64,000 bases of DNA from the human T2T-CHM13v2.0 reference genome, Homo sapiens (GCF_009914755.1 NC_060932.1); one strand, 5' to 3'; counted from the stretch's first letter, positions 45,285 through 60,051 are shown. Numbers and translations: made by a program. The notes: a model not told the origin generated them from the sequence alone.

Positions 45285-48200
45285 GCTTTATTGAGGTATA
45301 ATTGACAAAAATTACAAACATTTAAGGTGTACAATGTGGTGTTTTGATAAATGTGTCATTGAGAAATGGTTACCATATTCAAGCTAATTAATATATTTAT
45401 CACCTCACATAGTTACAACTTTTTATTTGTGGTGAGAACCCATAAGATCTCCTCTTTTACCAAGTTGTAAGTATATAATACAGTAGTATTTATTAATTTT
45501 AGTCATAATGCTGTAGATTAGATCTCCAGAGCTTATACATCCTGCAAAACTGAAACTTTGTACCCATTCACCAACCTCTCCATATTGTCCCTTCCCCTAG
45601 CCCCTGGCAACAAACATTCTAATGTCTCCTTTTATAAGTTTGACATTTTTACGTTCCATATATAAGTGAAATCATGCAGTTTTTGTCTATTTCTGTTTGG
45701 TTTATTTCATTTAGCATAATATCTTCAAGTTCATCCATGTTGTCTCAAACGGCAGGATTTCAATCTTTTTAAGGAGTGAATGCTATTCTATTGTAAATAT
45801 CTACCACATTTTCATCCTCTCTTCATCCACTGATGAATACTTAGGTTGATTCTACATCTTGACTATTATGAATTGTGCTGCAGTAAACATAGGAGTGCAA
45901 ATATATCTCTTCGGCACACTGGTTTCATTTCCTTTGGATCTATACCCATTAGTGGGATTACTGGATCATATGGTAGTTATATTTTTAATTGATTGAGGAA
46001 TCTCCATATTGTTTTCCATAATGGCTGTACCAATCTATATTCCCACCAACAATGTGCAAGGATTTCCTTTTCTCCACATCCTTGCCAACACTTGTTATGT
46101 TTTGTCTTTTTGATAATAGCCATTCTAGCAGGAATGATGTGGTCTTTCATGATTTTGATTTGTATTTCTCTGATGGTTAGTTATATTGAGCCCTTTTTCA
46201 TATACCTGTTGGCCATTTGTATGTCCTCTTTTGAGAAATGTCTATTTAGGTCTTTTTCCTATTTTTAAAATTTGGTTCTTTGTCTTCTTGCTATTGTGTT
46301 GTTTGAATTTCTCATATATTTTAGACATTAACCTCTTATATAGTTTACAGATATTTTCTCCCATTCTGTAGGTTATCTCTTCATACTATTGGTTGTTTTC
46401 TTTGCTAGGCAGAAGCTTCTTAGCTTGTTGTAATCCTATTTTTGCTTTTGTTGCTGGTGCTTTTCAGATAATATCCAGAAAATCACCGTCCAGACCAATA
46501 TCATAGAGCTTTTCCCCTGTGTTTTCTTCTAGTAGTTTCGTAGTTTTTGGTCTTACTACATTTAAGTCTTCAATCTATTTTGAAGCTTTTGGGTTTGTTT
46601 GTTTGTGTTTTTTGATTTTTGAGTGACGGAGTCTCACTCTGTTACCTAGGCTGGAGTGCGGTGGTGTGATCATGGCTCACTGCATCCTCTAACTCCTAGT
46701 GTCAAGGGATCCTCCTGCCTCAGCCCCCCAAGTTTAGTTGACTTTTGTACATAGTGAGAGATAAGGATCTACTTTCATTCTTCTGCATGGGCTAGCTAGC
46801 TTTCCCAACAGCATTTATTGAAGAGACCATCCTTTCCCCATTTTGTGTTCTTGACACCTTTGTTGAGAACTAATTAGCTAATACATGGATTTCTTTCTGG
46901 GTTCTCTATTCTGTTCCATTGGTTTGTGTGCCTATTTTTATGCCAGTACTATACTGTTTTGGTTATAGTTTTATAGTATATTTTTTGAAGTCAGACAGTG
47001 TGATGCTTCTAGCTTTGTTCCTTTTGCTCAAGATTGCTTTGGTTATTCAGGGTCTTTTATGGTTCCACATAAATTTCAGGATTGCTTTTTCTATTTCTGT
47101 GAAGAATGTTTTTGATACTTTGATAGCAGTTTCATTGAATCTGTAGATCAATAGCATGGGCACATCAATAGCATGAGTAGGATGGACATTTTAATAATAT
47201 TAATTCTTCCAGTTCATGAACACAGGATATCTTTCCATTGATCACCGTTTTATAGTTTTCAGTGTACAGATTTTTCACATCCTTGGTTAAATGTATTCCT
47301 AAGTATTTAATAATTTTTTTAGCTATTATGAAATGAGATTGTTTTCTTAGTTTCTTCTTCAGATAGCTCTCTGTTAGTGTATAGAAATGCTATAGGTTTT
47401 TGTATGCTGATTTTTAATCACGCAAATTCACTGAATTCTAACAGTTTTTAGAATGTATTAATTCTAACAGTTTTCTGGTCAAGTTTTTAAGGTTTTCTAT
47501 ATATAAGAAAACCTTAAATGTTATAAGGTTATCTGTGGAGACAATTTAAATTCACCTTTTCCTATTTGGATTCCTTTTATTTCTTTCTCTTACCTAATTG
47601 CTTTGTCTAGGATTTCCAATACTATGTGGAATAAGAGTGGTGAGAATGGCCATTCTTGTAGGGTTCTAGATTTTAGAGAAAAAGCTTTCAACTTTTCCCT
47701 GTTCAATATGATGTGACCTGTGAATTTGTCACATATGGCCTTTATTGTGTTGTGGTATGTTCCTTCTATACCTAATTTTTTGAGAGTTCTTATCACGAAG
47801 GGATTTTGAATTTTGTCAAATGCTTTTTCTGCACCTGTTGAAATGATCATATGGTTTTTGTCCTACATTCTGTTAATGTGATGTATCACATTTATTGATC
47901 TGCATATGTTGATCATACCTGTGATGACACCCGCTTGATCACGAGTAGATTTTTAATGTATTTTAAATTCCGTCTACTACTATTTTGTTGAGGGTTTTTA
48001 CATCTATGTTCATCCTGGATATTGGCCTGAAGTTTTCTTTTTTTAGCATGTCTTTGTCTGGTTTTCATATCAGGCTAATACTGGCTTATAGAATAAATTT
48101 GGAAATATTTCCCTCTCTTCAGTTTTTTGGAAGAGTTTGAGAAGAATTGGTGGTATTAGATATTTAAGTACTGAGTAGAATTCAGTGGTGAAGTCATTGG

Positions 48201-51200
48201 ACCCTGGGCATTTTTTTGATGGGAGATTTTTTATTACTGATTCTATCTCCATACTCATTATTGGTTTGTTCAGGTTTTCTGTTTCTTCATTATCTATTCT
48301 TGGTACATTGTATGTGTCCCGGAATTTATCCATTAGGTTATTCAATTTGTTGGCATATAATTGTTCATGTTATTCCCTAAGGATTCTTTGTATCAGTTGT
48401 AATGTCTCCTTTTTCATCTCTGATTTTATTTATTTGAGTCTTCTCTTTTTTGTTCTTAGTCTAGCTAAAGGTTTGCCTGTTTTTTCAAAAGACTGGTTCT
48501 TTGTTTCTCTGATCTTTTCTATTATTTTTGTAGTCTCTATTTCATTTATTTCTGCTCTGATCTTTATTTTATTTCCCTCCTTCTACTAATTTGGGGCTTT
48601 GTTTGTTCTTGTTTTTCTAGTTCCTTGTGTTGTAATGTGAGATTGTTTATTTTAGCTCTTTCTTCATTTATACTGTAGGTATTTACTGCTGGAAAATTCC
48701 CCTCTTAGAACTGCTTTTGCTATATCCTTTAGGTTTAGGTATATGGTGTTTCCATTTCATTTGTCTCAAGAAATTTTTAAATTTTTCTTTTAATTTCTTC
48801 ATTGATTCATTGATCATTCAGGAGCATGTTATTTAATTTCCATAAACTTGTGAATTTTCTGAAATTCTTCCTGTTATTGGTTGCTAGTTTTATACCATTG
48901 TTTTCAGAAAAGATACTTACTATGATTGCAGTCTTCTTAAATTTGTTAAGACTTGTGATCTGTCTTGGAGGATGTTCCATGTGCAATTAAGCAGAATGTG
49001 AATTCTGCAGCTTTTGGATGGAACATTCTGTATATGTTTGTCAGGTTCAAATGTTCTAGATTGCAGTTTAAGTCTGATGTTTCCTGTTTAATTTTCTGTC
49101 TGGATGGTCTACCCATTGCTGAAAGTAAAGTGTTAAAGTCCTCCACTATTATTAAATTGCAGTCTATCTCTCCCTTTAGATCTAGTAATATTTGCTTTAT
49201 ATATTTAGATGCTGCAGTGTTAGGTACCTATATACTACAATGTTATGCCGTCTTGCTGAACTAATGCCTTTGTCATTATATAGGACTTGCATTATCTCTT
49301 TTTACAGTTTTCACTTAAAGTATGATATAAGTATAGCTACTTTTACTATTTTTGGGTTTCCATTTGCATGGAATATCTTTTTTCATTCCTTCACTTTTAA
49401 CCTATGTGTGTTCTTATAAGTGAATTGAGTCTCTTGTAAGCAGCATATAGTTGGGTGTGTTTTTATAATCTATTAATTTGCTCTTTCTTTTCATTGGTGA
49501 ACGTAAGCCATTTACATTCAAGGTAGTTATTGAAAGGTAAGGACTAAGTACTGCCATTTTGTCAATTGTCTTCTGGTTGTCTTATGGACTCTTTGTTTCT
49601 TCCTCTCGCTGTCTTTCTTTGTGGTTAAGTAAGTTTTCTCTATTGGTATATTTTGATTTCTTGCTTTTTAATTTTTTGTGTATCTGCATGGTTATCATGA
49701 GGCATATCAAAAAATCTTATAGTTATAACAGGTTATTTTAAGCTAATAACAATTTATCTTTGATCATGTACACAAAAAACCTCTACTCTTATACTCCACT
49801 ACCTCCCTCCACATTTTGAATGTTATTTAAAAATTTACATATTTGTATATTGTATATTCCTTAACAAATTAGTGTCATTAATATTTTTATCTTTGAACCT
49901 TTACACTAAAGATATAATTTACACACCACCATTACAATATTAGAATAGTCTGCATTTGATGGTATATTTTTACCAGTGAGTTTTATACTTTCAGATGTTG
50001 TTGCGTTATTATCATCCTTTTCTTTCAGCTTGAAAAAAACTCCTTAGCATTTATTGTAATGCAGGTCTGGTGGTGATTAACTCCCTCAGCTTTTGTTTGT
50101 CCAGGAAAGTTTTTATCTCTCTTTCATTAAAGGGCAGCTTTGCTAGATACAGTATTCTTGGTTTGCAGGTTAGTTAATTAGTTTGTTTTCCAGCTCTTTG
50201 AATATATCATCCCACTCTCCTCTGGCCTGTAAGATTTATTCTCTGTTGAGAAGTGTGCTGCTCAGTGTATTAGAATATCCTTCTATATTCTTTGCTTCTT
50301 TCTTCTTGCTGCTTTCAGGATCCTGTCTTTGTCTTTGATCTTTGATAGTTTGATTATAATATGTCTTTGGGTAATCTTATTTGGATTGAATCTGATTGAA
50401 GACCTTTGAGCTTCTTGTACCTGAATATTTATATATTTCTCCAGGTTTGGAAAGGGTTCTGCTGTTCTTTATTTACATATGCTTTCTACCCCTTTATCTA
50501 TCTCTATTCTCTCTTGAATACCAGTGACCAAGAATTTACCCTTTTGATGCTGTCCCATGAATCCTGTAAGCTTTCTTCGTTCCTTTGCTGTGTATTTTTT
50601 GCCTGTATATTTTCAAATAATCTGCCTTTGAGTTCATAGATTGTTTCTTCTGCTTGATCAATTCTGCTGTTGATATTCTCTTTTTTATCTTTCATTTAGC
50701 TCATTGTATTTTTCAGCTGTGGGATTTCTGGGGGTTTTTCAAATTATTCTTTCAATCTCTTAAATTTCTCATTCTGGTCATTTATTGTTTTTCTTATGTT
50801 GTTGAATTGTTTATCTGTTTTCCTGAGGCTTATTGAGTTTCCTTAAAGCAATTATTTTGAATTACTTGTCAAGCAGTTCATATATCTCTATTTTTCAGGG
50901 GTCGGTCACTAGCACTCTATTTTGTTTGGTGATGTCATGTTTCTAGTTTTGTTTTTTTTTATTCTTGTGGTCATGCATCAATGTCTGGATATTGAAGAAG
51001 TAGGTTCTTATTCCAGTCTTTGCAGTCTGGCTTTGTCTGAGAATGCCCTTCAACAGTAAGCCTGTCTAGAACTTTTTGGTCATGTTGTCTGGCATTGTCC
51101 CTAAGTCCATGATTGCCACAGCCATCAAAGCTCTAGAGGGCACCCTACACCCAGGCCTGCCACACCAGCCCAACACCAGGATGGAATCCCGTGGCCACCA

Positions 51201-51729
51201 AGGTTGGCACAGTGCTGGGGCATACTCAAAGCCCATGGCCATTCAGGTTTGTCTGAAACCAAAGGCCTTGTAGACAGCTGGTAGTGATTCAGGCCAGTGA
51301 TCAAGTCTATTTCATAGGGGCTATGGGATCCTGCCTAGCACTGGGACAGGTCAAGAGGCTCAGTACATGGGTACTGACCTAAATAAGGGGCTACAAGAGT
51401 CTGCCTGATGCTAGATTTTACTATGGCAGGCCCAGTGGTGGAGACCAAGACAAAGTCTTACATTCACTTCCTTCTAGTTCCCCCAAGCAGACGGTGTCTC
51501 TCTGAATTTGCTACTTGGGGATAGGGGAGAGTTGACACAGAGAATGTCCTTCCTACTCTCTTAAGTACATCTTTTCATATTATTATGATATAACAAGGTA
51601 CTGTGATCGCTCACCTCATTTCTTTAGCTCTTGTGAAGGTATTTTCTTGTGTGAATAGTTGTTCAACATGATGTTGCTATGAGGGGATGATCGCTGAAGA
51701 GTCCTATTCCACCATCTTGCTCCACCCTC
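45285..51729 (-). mobile_element. Near full-length degenerate L1MA-type element containing an Alu fragment (~46590-46731)
   Basis: 3' end tttattgaggtataattgaca; colinear minus-strand ORF2 remnants (RT 47590..47850, EN 48946..49146), ORF1 remnant 50504..50695; 5' terminus ctattccaccatcttgctccaccctc. Confidence 0.88.
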
Positions 51730-51794
51730 ATAATATGATTTTTAAATGCAAGAAGATTCAAAGCAAAATAAAATATTTTAAGAAGCTAATTTTG

Positions 51795-52078
51795 GGCTGG
51801 GTGCAGAGGCTCACACCTGTAATCCCAGCACTTTGGGAGGCTGCCGTGGGTGGATCACCTGAGGTCAGGAGTTCAAGACCAGCCTGGCCAACATGGCAAA
51901 ACCCCATCTCTACTAAAATGGACGTGATGGTGCATGCCTGTAATACCAGCTACTTGGGAGGCTAAGGCAGAAGAATCGCTTGAACCCAGGAGGCAGAAGG
52001 TGCAATGAGCCGAGATCGTGTCATTGCACTTCAGCCTGGGCAACAAGAACGAAACTCCATCTCAAAAAAGAAAAAAAG
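51795..52078 (+). mobile_element. AluS with a deletion in the central linker
   Basis: TSD aag(a/c)agctaatttt on both sides. Confidence 0.9.
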
Positions 52079-53504
52079 AAGCAGCTAATTTTAATAATTT
52101 ATTTCTGTTCATCTTACCCAAAATATCATTTTTAAATCATATTTAATCCTCTGCCCCTTCTCTCTTGCCAGAAATTGGGCTAAGGCCTATACCTTAATCA
52201 TGAGAGTCCTGCCTCTATCTTAATTCAATTTTACAGCCATGCTAGCAGGCTATCTTCTACATTTAAGAAATGTAAACTAGTTAATGAAACTGTAAGGACC
52301 TTGACTTTTACATTTCCTGAATTTTATGGGTTCCAATTTCCAGTGTCAGTGCTATATTATCATAGTTGGTTTTCTCTGTGATTTATCAAAATGAAACAGT
52401 AAACTTGATGTCAGAATGTCAACTACGGAATGGACCAAGAATTTTAAAATAGGGAAAAGCCTTCCATTATTTCAACTTTTGTTTTTCAACTATAACTTTT
52501 ATTTTAGGAAGAAATGAGAAAAATTACCTAGCTGAAAATGGTGCCCTCAAGGGTTTACACCTCTGAACTACTTGGCTAAGTAATAGACCTCAAAGAGTCA
52601 TAGAGGCTGGTTGTGCAGTTGGCAGGGAGGTAGGGGGCCAGTACTAGGTCTCATGCAGAGAAGTCAGTAGAGTCGCAGTCATTTAGATTTTTTTTTATTT
52701 CTTCATCTAGCCTAATTCTGTTAGAATTATTTCTTCTACAGAAAAGAGTGAGAGTAATTGGGAAATGTCTTCCTAGGAACATGGAGTAAGCCAAGTTAGA
52801 AGAGATAAAGAACATTTTCTGGCTTATCCTAACTCTAACTTTCCAACTTTCTGCCTGCAGTTTTTTTCCTTACTCTCCAGCCCCATGCCTTTCCATTGAC
52901 ACAGTCTTGAGCCTTCCTTTCTTATCCCTGTACAATAGTCTCTTTTATGCCAACAACTCCCAAATGCAGCTCTTTTGACTTAATATCTAACTCTAAGACT
53001 ATTTCTACATATAGGTATTAGGTATACTTTGTTATTTAAACATGTTCACAGTAAATTAAGCCATTTTCTCTCTTCTCTCTCCTTGCTCACTTCTTCCTTT
53101 ATCGTAGTCTTCAAACTTTTTTTTACAACTGCTGATGATAGGAAAAATTTTCTGGTCATGTCCTCTCACAATTTACTACCATCTTCAGGCCATTCTTATT
53201 TTTATTTCAAGTCCTTCTACTTTTTTCTTTGAAATAGTCCTCAATTATGCCTGCTACTTCTCTGGTGTAGGCTTAATCCTTGATTACTTCCTCATTCTGT
53301 TTACTGGTAGCACTAACTTCAGATTCTCTTATTTACTCAATAATGCTGTCTTCTATGCCCTTACTAGATTTGCCTCCCCTGCCAAATTTATTTGAATCTT
53401 AACTACCCCCTTCCTCAGTTGATCCAGTCAAAACTCTCCTCAGCCCCCAACCCTTTGTGCACCTGTTCACTGTATTTCTTACATATAAATTGCTTATTTG
53501 GCTT

Positions 53505-53960
53505 AATCTGATTCTGTTTTTTTTTTTTTAAGAAAAACTGTTTTGCAAGAGGTTTTGTATTGCTCTATCAGGAGGCATATAATGTCCAAAGGTCTCTCTT
53601 TTTGTGATGCTAGCACCCATTGGTGCTCAATGCCTACATTTATTGGAGGTTGTAAATAGTAATATTCTAATTCTAGCATTCCTTTTCCATATGTTAGCTG
53701 GCATACTTCTTTGAAGAGAAGCATTCCCCAACCTACTATTTGAGTATTCAGTAGTATTGCTCATTCAAAAAAGCAGGATAAATGCTTAATTCTTTCCCTT
53801 TATTTACCCCTTTTCAAAAATGAGTTCATTCTCTAGCATATTCCAATGGTGGCCAGTTAGTTGATGTTGTTTGATATTATTTTGAACTCATTATTTTTAA
53901 TAATTCTCAAGTTGTCTCACCATTGGCAGTGAGAATCTCTATAAACTGGCTTCTCTATGT
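53505..53960 (-). mobile_element. L1MC/MD-like 3' fragment
   Basis: atcaggaggcatataatgtc...; aaagcaggataaatgcttaattctttccctttattta. Confidence 0.6.
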
Positions 53961-56532
53961 TTTAAACCTTGCTGTTTTCTTAGTCTGCAATTCTTACACC
54001 CTTTTTCTTTGCCCACTCTAATTCTCAGCTGCCATTAGGTTAGCCTAAGTCTTGTTTTCTTCTGGAATAGTTTCCCTTTCATTTCCATTCATGCTGATCT
54101 CTCCTTTTTCATAAGCAGATTAGTAATACCATTTTCACTAAATTTATCTCAAAACCACTTTTGGCTGTTTCTAAAAATCATGTGTGTCATCAAGGATGAG
54201 TATATGCCATCATTGAAATAGTAAAACAAACAAAGGATGACATAGGCACCAAAAAAGATACAAAATTGTTGGAGTAGTGGAATATAGTTATCCCTTATGG
54301 TTATTACTAAGAGGGAGGGAAACTTATTTTGATGAGTTTAGTTCAGTATATTTACTTTAGAAATTGGTGCAATTACCCTATAATTAGAACTTTTGTGTTG
54401 TGATTTGGGGAGGATTATGAAATTTAGAAAGTCAATGTTTGATCATAAAAATACGTTTCTGAGTAATTTTGCTAGTAGTGATGATGTCCAGATCCCAGTG
54501 ATAAGTATCATGAACTGCTGCTGACTTATTCAGGTCAAGAACCTTTCATTTCATGTCTCTGAGCTTCCTCATAGCACATAAGACAGCATGTAGCCTGTTC
54601 CACTTTGTATACCATCATTAATTAAAGCACACGTCTGCCATCACTGAGGTCTTTACACTTCACACCTTCAATGAAAGCACATTAATCTCATTGTCATGGA
54701 CAGCTTTCCAGGTTTTCTAGCTCTTATACCTGTGAATACTCCGTCTCCCTTGTCCACTGTCATCATGAATACCTTTACTTGAACACTATAACAAAAACCT
54801 GAATTTCAATTGCTGAATAAGAGAAAAAAATATTATGACCTAGTAATAATTTTTTACCAGAGTTATTATAATACATAAGGTCAACCTTGATTATGGGTTT
54901 GTTAGTTCTGTGTTTTGCATTTACTAAGATGGTGAATAAAAACATCATTTCTGTGTCTGTACATAGCCACCCGTGTATGCACTGAATGTTTTCTTGTAAG
55001 TCTTGCTTGTCTAAAAAATTTTTTATCTTTTGCAAATAAAATTCCACAGGAAGAAACACTTAACAAAGAAGTTTTCTTTCATAAATGTTGTGATTTGAGT
55101 ATAACAAGCCATATTGAATTCATTGGGTTTTTGGTAATAGATTTCATAATACATCATAAATGTAAGTAATATGATGACTAATGGGTCAAGTAAAGTTGGA
55201 ACATTTTAAATGAGAAAAGAGCTGGAACAGTTCTCAGGAAACTTTTCCAGTTGATGTTTGGTCCCCCACAAGGTGTGCATTAACATAAACTTATGGGAAT
55301 CACCTCTGGGGCTTGAATTCCCTCTCTGATTTCATTATTACAATGTGATACTTTTCCTTTCACTATTAAGTCATCCTCTAAGATGATAGGAGCATAAAAT
55401 AAGTATAATTTATTTGCATTTGTCTAATCTTTTAACTCAATAGTCATTCCATCATTCTGTTTCCTGGTAGCTGTTCAGAAAGTTTTGAATGGTAATTAGG
55501 ATCTAATAATTGGCAGGCATGGGTTTACTTAAAGATACAGAATATGTTCTGAAAATGGTGAGAAATTAGATCTGGCAGAGACATAGATGACTCAGCTGGG
55601 AGATTCTCTATTACTGCATATTCCTAAAATCAAAACTTTGAAAATAATCCATTTATTAAAGTTCAATGAGGATTATAACACAATTCTAAACTCTTAAACA
55701 TAAGTATCTGATAATAATTGGAATAAAATTTATAGTAACAGTCTGTGCCTGGTTCCCTATCCAGTTATATTTCCAGTTCCTGTAAAACATTATTCTTTAT
55801 AGCTCCCCCTGTGTCTCTGTTGAATAAAACTGTCCTAGTCCATTTCTTTAATGTTGTATCTTAATGATCAGATTAATATTTTTATCAATTTTTTAAAAGT
55901 ATCAAAAAACAAAATGTGGCTTGCTCAATTTTTACTTTTATTTTTTAAGTTAAAAAATACCAGACACTATTTTTGCATATTTTTTTCTATTTGTAAAAAT
56001 AATCTTCCTGTCATTATCAGACTGAAAATATTTGCAATGAAGACTAATTTTCTACCAAAAAACTGGCTAGATCAAGGATGTGAAAGTTCAGAGAAACATG
56101 TTGATGTACTTTATACAACAATAAACAGTGCTGTTTCACTTGTGATGGTTCTCATTCTGGTGCGTGCCTCCTGTCTTTTGGTGGACCTGGTACTTTTGAA
56201 AGGAATACCTGGTATTACAATATAGCCTAATTTCAACTGCTTTTTTGGTTCTTGGCCTATCATCTTTTCCAACTTGCCCAACTGGGACTGCCCTAGCCAC
56301 TCTGTTCACACATTGCACAGAATATGTTTTGCAAGAAATGTGGCTCAGCACTGTCTCTATGTGGTCCAGTCCCTCCAGGGTGAGGGACTTTGTGGCCTAC
56401 TAACGTACGTCTTGTACAGAGGTTGCACTGTATGCCCTGTATGGAAACAAATATACAAAAAACATTTGAAAAGTGAATTACTTAAATGTCTTAAATAGCA
56501 ATTTGTTTCTTATTAAACCTTAACAGAATCAT

Positions 56533-57302
56533 GTGAGTCTAGGAGTTTGAGTCTGCAGTGAGCTAGGATAGTGCCACCACACTCCAGCCTAGGCAACAGA
56601 CCAAGACCCTGTCTTGAAAAATAAATAAATAAGTTAACATAGCAACTGTTTGGGAATACATATAGCTCTGCTAGATTTTCAAACGTTCTAAAAACTTTCA
56701 TCAACTGCTGCTCAGTGACTGAGAGGTTGCATTTGTAATCCTTAATTACTAAATTTAAGGTAATCAAAAGAATTAAATTTTGATACATAAATAACACTTT
56801 TGACATAACCTTATAGGAAAGATAGATCAAGTGACCAAGTGTCCAAATAAGTAACTCCCTTACCAATCCACTGGTCTGAGAAAGGGTCGTCCAGAAACCA
56901 GCACCACAAAAAGTTAACATTAAAAATTCACTGTTCAAATTCACAAAACAAAATAAATCTATAAAAGATTTAAATAATTAAACTTTTCAAATGATGTTTT
57001 TTAAATCAGCCTGCAGCATTTTTATGCTGCTGAGGTTATTAAAGTTTAAAATCACACTGAGACTTTTGGGACAAACTATGAGAGACAGAGATCCAAGATT
57101 GCTTCAGATTTTTCCTAAAATATTTAGTGCTGTCCAAGCATGGTGGCTCACACTTTAATCCCAGCAATTTGGGAGGCCAAGACGGGTGGATTGCTTGAGA
57201 CCAGGAGTTTGAGACCAACCTAACCAACATGGCAAAACCCCATTCTACTAAAGATACAAAAAAATTAGCCAGGCATGGTGGTGCATGCATGTAATCCCAG
57301 CT
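56533..57302 (+). mobile_element. Two truncated Alu pieces (56533-56632 3' end; 57131-57302 3'-truncated)
   Basis: Alu motifs directly visible. Confidence 0.8.
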
Positions 57303-57314
57303 TCTGAGATTTAA

Positions 57315-59305
57315 AAATTAGGCTATCTAAAAATTAGATTATTTTCTCATTGCTGAGTTATAATACTTTTTTATATTTTTTTGATACAAGTCTTTTGTCA
57401 GATAAGTAATTTGCAGATATTTTCTCCCAGTACATAGCTTCTCTTTTCATTCTCTTAACACTACCCTTTACAGAGGAAAAGTTTTTAATCTGATGAAGAC
57501 CAACTTATAAATTTTTAAAATATGCCTTTTTGGTATCATGTATAAGAGACTCAGTACAGAGTTTCTCTGTACTGAGCTGCCTGGAGATGGGGCTAGGGAA
57601 GGTAACATCAGCATTGTGGTGGCCACTGTGCTGAGTCATACCTGAAGCCAGCACAGCACTGGGCCTCACCCAAGGCCCGTGATAACCCCTGCCTGGCTAT
57701 CCGCCTGTGTTCACTCAAGGTCCTAGGGCTCTATAACCTGCCAGGCTTGTGTCCCTCCCTATAGGACACTGAAATTTCTCCAGTCCCAGGTACGTCCAGA
57801 GATGCTGTCCAGGAGCCAGGGCCTGGAGTCAGAAACCTTAGGAATCTACTTGGTGCTCCATTCTACTGAGAATGAGCTGACACCCAAGCCACAACTCTAG
57901 GACTTGAAGATTTTCTCCTATGTTTTCTTCTTTGAAGACCTTCTAATTTTACATTTTATATTTAAATCCAGGATTCATTTTGAGTTAATTTTTATATACA
58001 GTATGAAGTTGAGTTTAAGGTACTTTTTTTTGTATACAGATATTCAACACCATCTGTAAACTACCTTTCTCCATTGAACTGTCTTTGCACCTATTTTAAA
58101 AATCAACTAATAATTCTTTGGACCCTATTTCTGGACTCTGTTCTGTTCCACTGAGGTACATATACCCTCTCCAAAACTATACTGTCTTGATCTTAATAGC
58201 TGATAGTAAGTCTTAAAATCAGGTAGTTTGAGTCCTCCAATGTTGTTATTCTTTCTCAAAAATGTTTTGGTTATTCTTGTTCCTTTGCTTTACTATGTAA
58301 ATTTTAGAATCAGCTTTTCTATATTTAAAATAAATATTTCTGGGATTATTATTGGAATTCTGTGAAATCTACAGATCTGGGAGAAACTGATATATTTACT
58401 ATGTTGTCTGCCTTCGAATTCATGAATATGGTATGTGTATGGTATGTCTCTCTATTTATGTTGGTCTTTTAAAATTTATTGTCAGCATTTTGTAGTTTTC
58501 AGCATACAGATCCTATGACCATTTGATTAGATTTATACCTGTGTTCCTTTTATTTGGATATGTTATAAATACTATCTTTTATTTTAAGGCTTTTTTGTTT
58601 TCCACCTGCATATTGTTAGTTTATAGAAACTCAATTGATTTTTGTGTGATGATCTTGTATTCTAAAACTTTGCCAAACTCACTTATTAATTCTGGGAGCT
58701 TTTCCGTAGATTCTTATTGGGTTTTCAACATGGACAATTACATCATCTGCAAATGGGCATCGTTTTCTTTGTTATTTATGCCCTTTTATCTTGCCTTGTT
58801 GCACTGTCTATGATTTCCAATACTATGTTGAGTATGAATAATAAGAAGGGACATCCTTGCCTTGTTTCTGTTCTTAGGGGGAAAGCATTCATTTCTTCAT
58901 AATTATGATGTTAGCTGTAGGCTTTTCATATATAGCCTTCATCAGGTTAAGTTTCCCTCTACCAATAGTTTGCCTAGAGTTATTATAAATGGATATTGAA
59001 TTTTTCAAAAATGTTTTCTGCATCAATTGATAGTATCTTTGTTATTGTTGTAAACTGTTAATATTTTTACATTGATTGATCAAGGCTTATAGTCCTAGGA
59101 CAACCCCTGTTTTAGTTGTGGTACATCATTAGTTCTGTATGCTGATGGATTTGATTTGCTACATTTTTTGAGGATTTTTATGTCTCTTCTTGAGGAATAT
59201 CCATGTATATTGTTTTTTATACTTTCTCCATCTACTTTTAGTATCGGTAATGATGGTCTCATAAAATGAATTAAGAAGTATTCTCTCCTCTTCTATTTCC
59301 TGGAG
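57315..59305 (-). mobile_element. Old L1M ORF2 fragment interrupted at 57550-57893 by a copied L1 5'-region segment
   Basis: Colinear antisense ORF2 motifs (gatattttctcccagt, ggacatccttgccttgtt...ttagggggaaagcattca). Confidence 0.8.
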
Positions 59306-59732
59306 GACAGGGGAATGAAGAAAAGAAAGAAGGAAAACAATAGATTTCCCTAGTCCCTCTGAGCATTAAGAGACTCCTTCACACTCCTTGAAGCCAGAAA
59401 TAGAGGGCTTCTCCTTGTACTCTCTCTATCTCCACATGATATCCACTTCTGGGCTTTGGGCTGCCATTAGTCTAGGATAAGGGGGTAGGGGAGGAAAAAT
59501 TAGAAACTCATCACCATTTTGGTAGTATTTTGAATTCTAGTCTTCTTCCTTAGTCTACCTGTTACCATATACTTTTCAAAATTCTCAAATAGCTGCTCTG
59601 TGTAGGTTTTATAGCTGGTTTATTGCCAGATTTTGTAACTGCATTCAGTGGAAGAGACAGGTTCCATCATTCCTAGAACTCTGAAATAATTTTTAAAAAG
59701 AAAGAGTAGGCAACTGACATCATTAGATGTTT

Positions 59733-60051
59733 ATTTGGTTTTTGGGTTTTTTGTTTGTTTGTTTTTTGTTTTGAGACAGAGTCTTGCTCTGTCGCCCAGG
59801 CTGGAGTGCAGTGGCACGATCTTGGCTTACTGCAACCTTCACCTCCCAGGTTCAAGCAATTCTCTGCCTCAGCCTCCCAAGTAGCTGGGATTACAGGCAC
59901 CTGCCACCAACCTGGCTAATTTTTTGTATTTTTAGTAGAGATGGGGTTTCCCCATCTTGGCCAGGCTGGTCTTGAACTCCTGACTTTGTGATCCACCCGC
60001 CTTGGCCTACCAAAGGGCTGGGATTACAGGTATGAGCCACCGCGCCTGGCC
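59733..60051 (-). mobile_element. AluS
   Basis: TSD cattagatgttt at 59721 and 60053. Confidence 0.92.
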
